Assembly (NCBI GenBank): GCA_030704615.1
Contig: CM060731.1
Location: 92,938,001-93,002,000, forward strand
DNA: 64,000 nucleotides
Direction: 5' to 3'
Origin: Takakia lepidozioides
Taxonomy: Eukaryota > Plantae > Bryophyta
This document shows, piece by piece, positions 61,070 to 64,000 of this stretch (its first letter is position 1; every line of letters begins with the position of its first letter). Position numbers and translations under genes: made by a program. The notes under the pieces were generated by a model that did not search any database, was not told the DNA's origin, and saw nothing but the letters and a program-made list of their open reading frames with translations.

Positions 61070-63545
61070 ATGTCGGATGAAAATCGACGGAACTCGGCCC
61101 GGAATTTCCAACGTAGAGGTAATTCAGAGCGCTGCAGGATGGAAATCCGGCGCCGGATTTCCATCCTGCAGGTAATTCGGAGCGCAGCAGGATGGAAATT
61201 CAGCGCCGAATTTCCATCCTGCAAGGTAGGGCGGTGCGCGAAATTTCCCTCACGCAGGTAATTCCGAAGCGGACGGATGGAAATCCGGCGCCGGATTTCC
61301 ATCCGCGCAGGTAGGGCGGCGCGCCAAATTAATTCGGAGGCGGATGGATGGAAATCCGCCGCCGGATTTCCATCCGCGGAGGTAGGGCGGCGCGCCAAAT
61401 TTCCCTCACGCAGGTAATTCGGAAGCGGATGGATGGAAATCCGGCGCCGGATTTCCATCCGCGCAGGTAGGGCGGCGCGCCAAATTTCCCTCACGCAGGT
61501 AATTCGGAGGCGGATGGATGGAAATCCGGCGCCGGATTTCCATCCGCGTAGGTAGGGCGGCGCGCCAAATTTCCCTCACGCAGGTAATTCGGAGGCGGAT
61601 GGATGGAAATCCGGCGCCGGATTTCCATCCGCGCAGGTAGGGCGGCGCGCCAAATTTCCCTCACGCAGGTAATTCCGAAGCGGATGGATGGAAATCCGGC
61701 GCCGGATTTCCATCCACGGAGGTAGGGCGGCGCGCCAAATTTCCCTCACGCAGGTAATTCGGAGGGGGATGGATGGAAATCCTCCGCGCAGGTAGGGCGG
61801 CGCGCCAAATTTCCCTCACGCAGGTAATTCGGAAGCGGATGGATGGAAATCCGGCGCCGGATTTCCATCCGCGCAGGTAGGGCGGCGTGCCAAATTTCCC
61901 TCACGCAGGTAATTCCGAAGCGGATGGATGGAAATCCGGCGCCAGATTTCCATCCGCGCAGGTAGGGCGGCGCGCGAGATTTCCCTCAAGCAGGTAATTC
62001 GGAGGCGGATGGATGGAAATCCGGCGCCAGATTTCCATCCGCAAGGTTGGTCAGAGAACGGATGGATGGAGATCCGGCGCCGAATTTCCATCCTGCAGGT
62101 GATTCGAATCCCGGATGGATGGAAATCCGGCGCTGAATTTCCATCCAGCAGGTAAGTCGGATTGCTGGCGTATGGATATTCGGCGCCGAATTTCCATTCG
62201 CCAGGTATTTCGAAGCGCTGAATTACCTTCCTGCAGGTAATTCTGAGCGTGTCCTAACTGTTTGTTTTGTGGCTGAAGTGCACTTGTAGACACGTTTTTC
62301 TTGGAATCCTTGACTGCTAGAGGCAAATCGGAACAGCCTCGGACGGAAATTCGGCGCCGTTTTTCCATTCTGGGAGGTTTTTACGACTTCCTTTGAGGGG
62401 GCCCCGATGGAAATTCGGCGCTGAATTTCCATCTGGGGATGGTCTCTGTCGGAGAGGTGCCGGCCTCTCCGCCGCTCTGTTGGATATTCGGTGCCGAATT
62501 TCCGTCCGGGGGTTGAATATGACGTCCAGGTGCCGGCCTCTCCCCCCTCCCTGACTGCATTGGAACGGCCCCGGATGGAAATTCGGCGTCGTTTTTCCAT
62601 CTGTGGAGGTTTTTATGTCGGCCAGTTTTCGGCCTGACCCCCCGACACGACTTCCTTTGGGGGGGCCCGGATGGAAATTCGGCGCCGAATCTCCATATAG
62701 GGGATGCTCTCTGTCGAACACGTGCCGGCCTCTACGCCCGAGGTTCATCCGGGCGTCCCCTGTTGGATATTCGGTGCCGAATTTCCGTCCGGGGGTTGAA
62801 ATGTGACGGCCAGGTGCCGGCCTCTCCCCCCTCCCTGACTGCATTGGAACGGCCCCGGATGGAAATTCGGCGCCGTTTTTCCATCTGAGGAGGTTTTTAT
62901 GTCGGCCAGTTTTCGGCCTGACCCCCCGACACGACTTCCTTTGGGGGGGCCCGGATGGAAATTCGGCGCCGAATCTCCATATAGGGGAAGCTCTCTGTCG
63001 AACACGTGCCGGCCTCTACGCCCGAGGCGACTTCATCCGGGCGTCCCCTGTTGGATATTCGGTGCCGAATTTCCGTCCAGGGGTTGAAATGTGACGGCCA
63101 GGTGCCGGCCTCTCCCCCCTCCCCGACTGCATCCGAACCGCCCCGGATGGAAATTCGGCGCCTGTGGAGGCCAACCTCAAGTTGCAAAAAGAATTGGAGG
63201 ACACAAAGGCTGCCTTGCAGATGGTTGAGGGGAATTTGATTGAAGCAGGTTTCCATCTGGGGATGTTTTTATGCCAACCAGTTTTCGGCCTGACCCCCCG
63301 ACACGACTTCCTTTGGGGGGGGCCCGGATGGAAATTCGGCGCCGTTTTTCCATCCGCGGAGGTTTTTAGGTCGGCCAGTTTTCGGCCTGACCCCCCGGCA
63401 GGACTTCCTTTGGGTGGATCCGAATGGAAATTCGGCGCTGAATTTCCAGCCGGGGGATGTTTTCTGTCGGACAGGTGCCGGCATCTCTGCCCCAGATGAC
63501 TTCATCCGTGCGGCCCCTGTTGGGTATTGGGTGCCGAAATTCCAT
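61070..63545. repeat. Palindrome array 4 (family E): GGATGGAAATCCGGCGCCGGATTTCCATCC / GGAAATTCGGCGCCGAATTTCC with 53-, 85- and 96-bp spacings
   Basis: 85-bp units at 61436, 61521, 61606, 61691; 53-bp steps at 62016, 62069, 62122, 62175; 96-bp steps at 62766, 62862, 62958, 63054, 63150. Confidence 0.95.
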
Positions 63546-63620
63546 TCGGGGCTAGTAATGTGACGGCACGGTGCCGGCTTCTCCCCTTCAGCCGACATCA
63601 TCCGGACGGCCCCCCACTTT

Positions 63621-63675
63621 CTGACTGCATACCGTTGGCAGTTATTGCGCAAAGACCAGGGGCCGCATTCCGGAG
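63621..63675 (+). pseudogene. Tiny remnant of a Mutator-like transposase N-terminal region, divergent from the family-E accessory gene
   Basis: TGCATACCGTTGGCAGTTATTGCGCAAAGACCAGGGGCCGCATTCC is nearly the reverse complement of about 22233-22280 (CIPLAVIAQRPGAAF). Confidence 0.65.
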
Positions 63676-64000
63676 ACAAGGTTCATTAACACTCTGACTC
63701 TGGATTTTTGAGATAGTTGGCTCCCTGGATTTGGATCAGGCTTCGTCGCTCGGACAAATCGGCACCGCATTCCTTCCCATCGCTGCATCCCCCTTCTACC
63801 AGGGAGCTTCCCCGCACGCCATCCTGGCAGTCTTGTGTGCACATCTCCCATGGCGGAAAACCCGAGCGCTACAGTGTACTGCCCTCCTCACGAGCATAGA
63901 GCTTCATTTCCGTGCAGAGGGGACATCTGCCGGGTGATGGAGAAATATCTGTGCGTTCGATACCACCTGAAACCGGGGTCGGTTTCTTTGGAGGAGGAAA

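Noticed and set aside
1-64000. Species assignment (element types suggest a non-seed land plant)
   Set aside because: No host gene or marker in the window; cannot be supported beyond plant-type TE content.

Overview
Eukaryotic, almost certainly land-plant, heterochromatin-like DNA made entirely of nested and mostly decayed transposable elements. I found no conventional host gene, RNA gene or CRISPR. Ordinary content: a PIF/Harbinger remnant (1-690) and a Ty3/Gypsy LTR retrotransposon (LTR 39516-40198, gag-pol to 56551). The Gypsy is interrupted in RNase H by an 11.0-kb CACTA element (45329-56331), which carries LINE remnants and an FCP1/NIF-like phosphatase domain. A 500-N gap lies at 56552-57051. 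The main signal is a lineage of Mutator-like DNA transposons present as several divergent families (my labels A-F), with three components. (1) A transposase with a GCM/WRKY-like Zn domain, a MULE DDE core and a SWIM finger. (2) A large spliced accessory gene, divergently oriented where both genes survive, with an N-terminal ParB/Sulfiredoxin-like domain (VWDGNHRLLAW) and a C-terminal beta-class amino (N6-A/N4-C) DNA-methyltransferase-like domain. (3) Family-specific arrays of 22-30 bp palindromes that share a CGG-NN-CCG core, sit in non-coding parts including introns, and are spaced at 53, 85, 96 and ~117 bp, i.e. 5, 8, 9 and 11 helical turns. Inference: a transposon-encoded ParB/parS-like, methyltransferase-linked self-recognition or epigenetic system, conceptually analogous to VANDAL/VANC anti-silencing. 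All copies here are pseudogenised or truncated. Domain calls come from motif recognition by eye and need HMM or structure confirmation.
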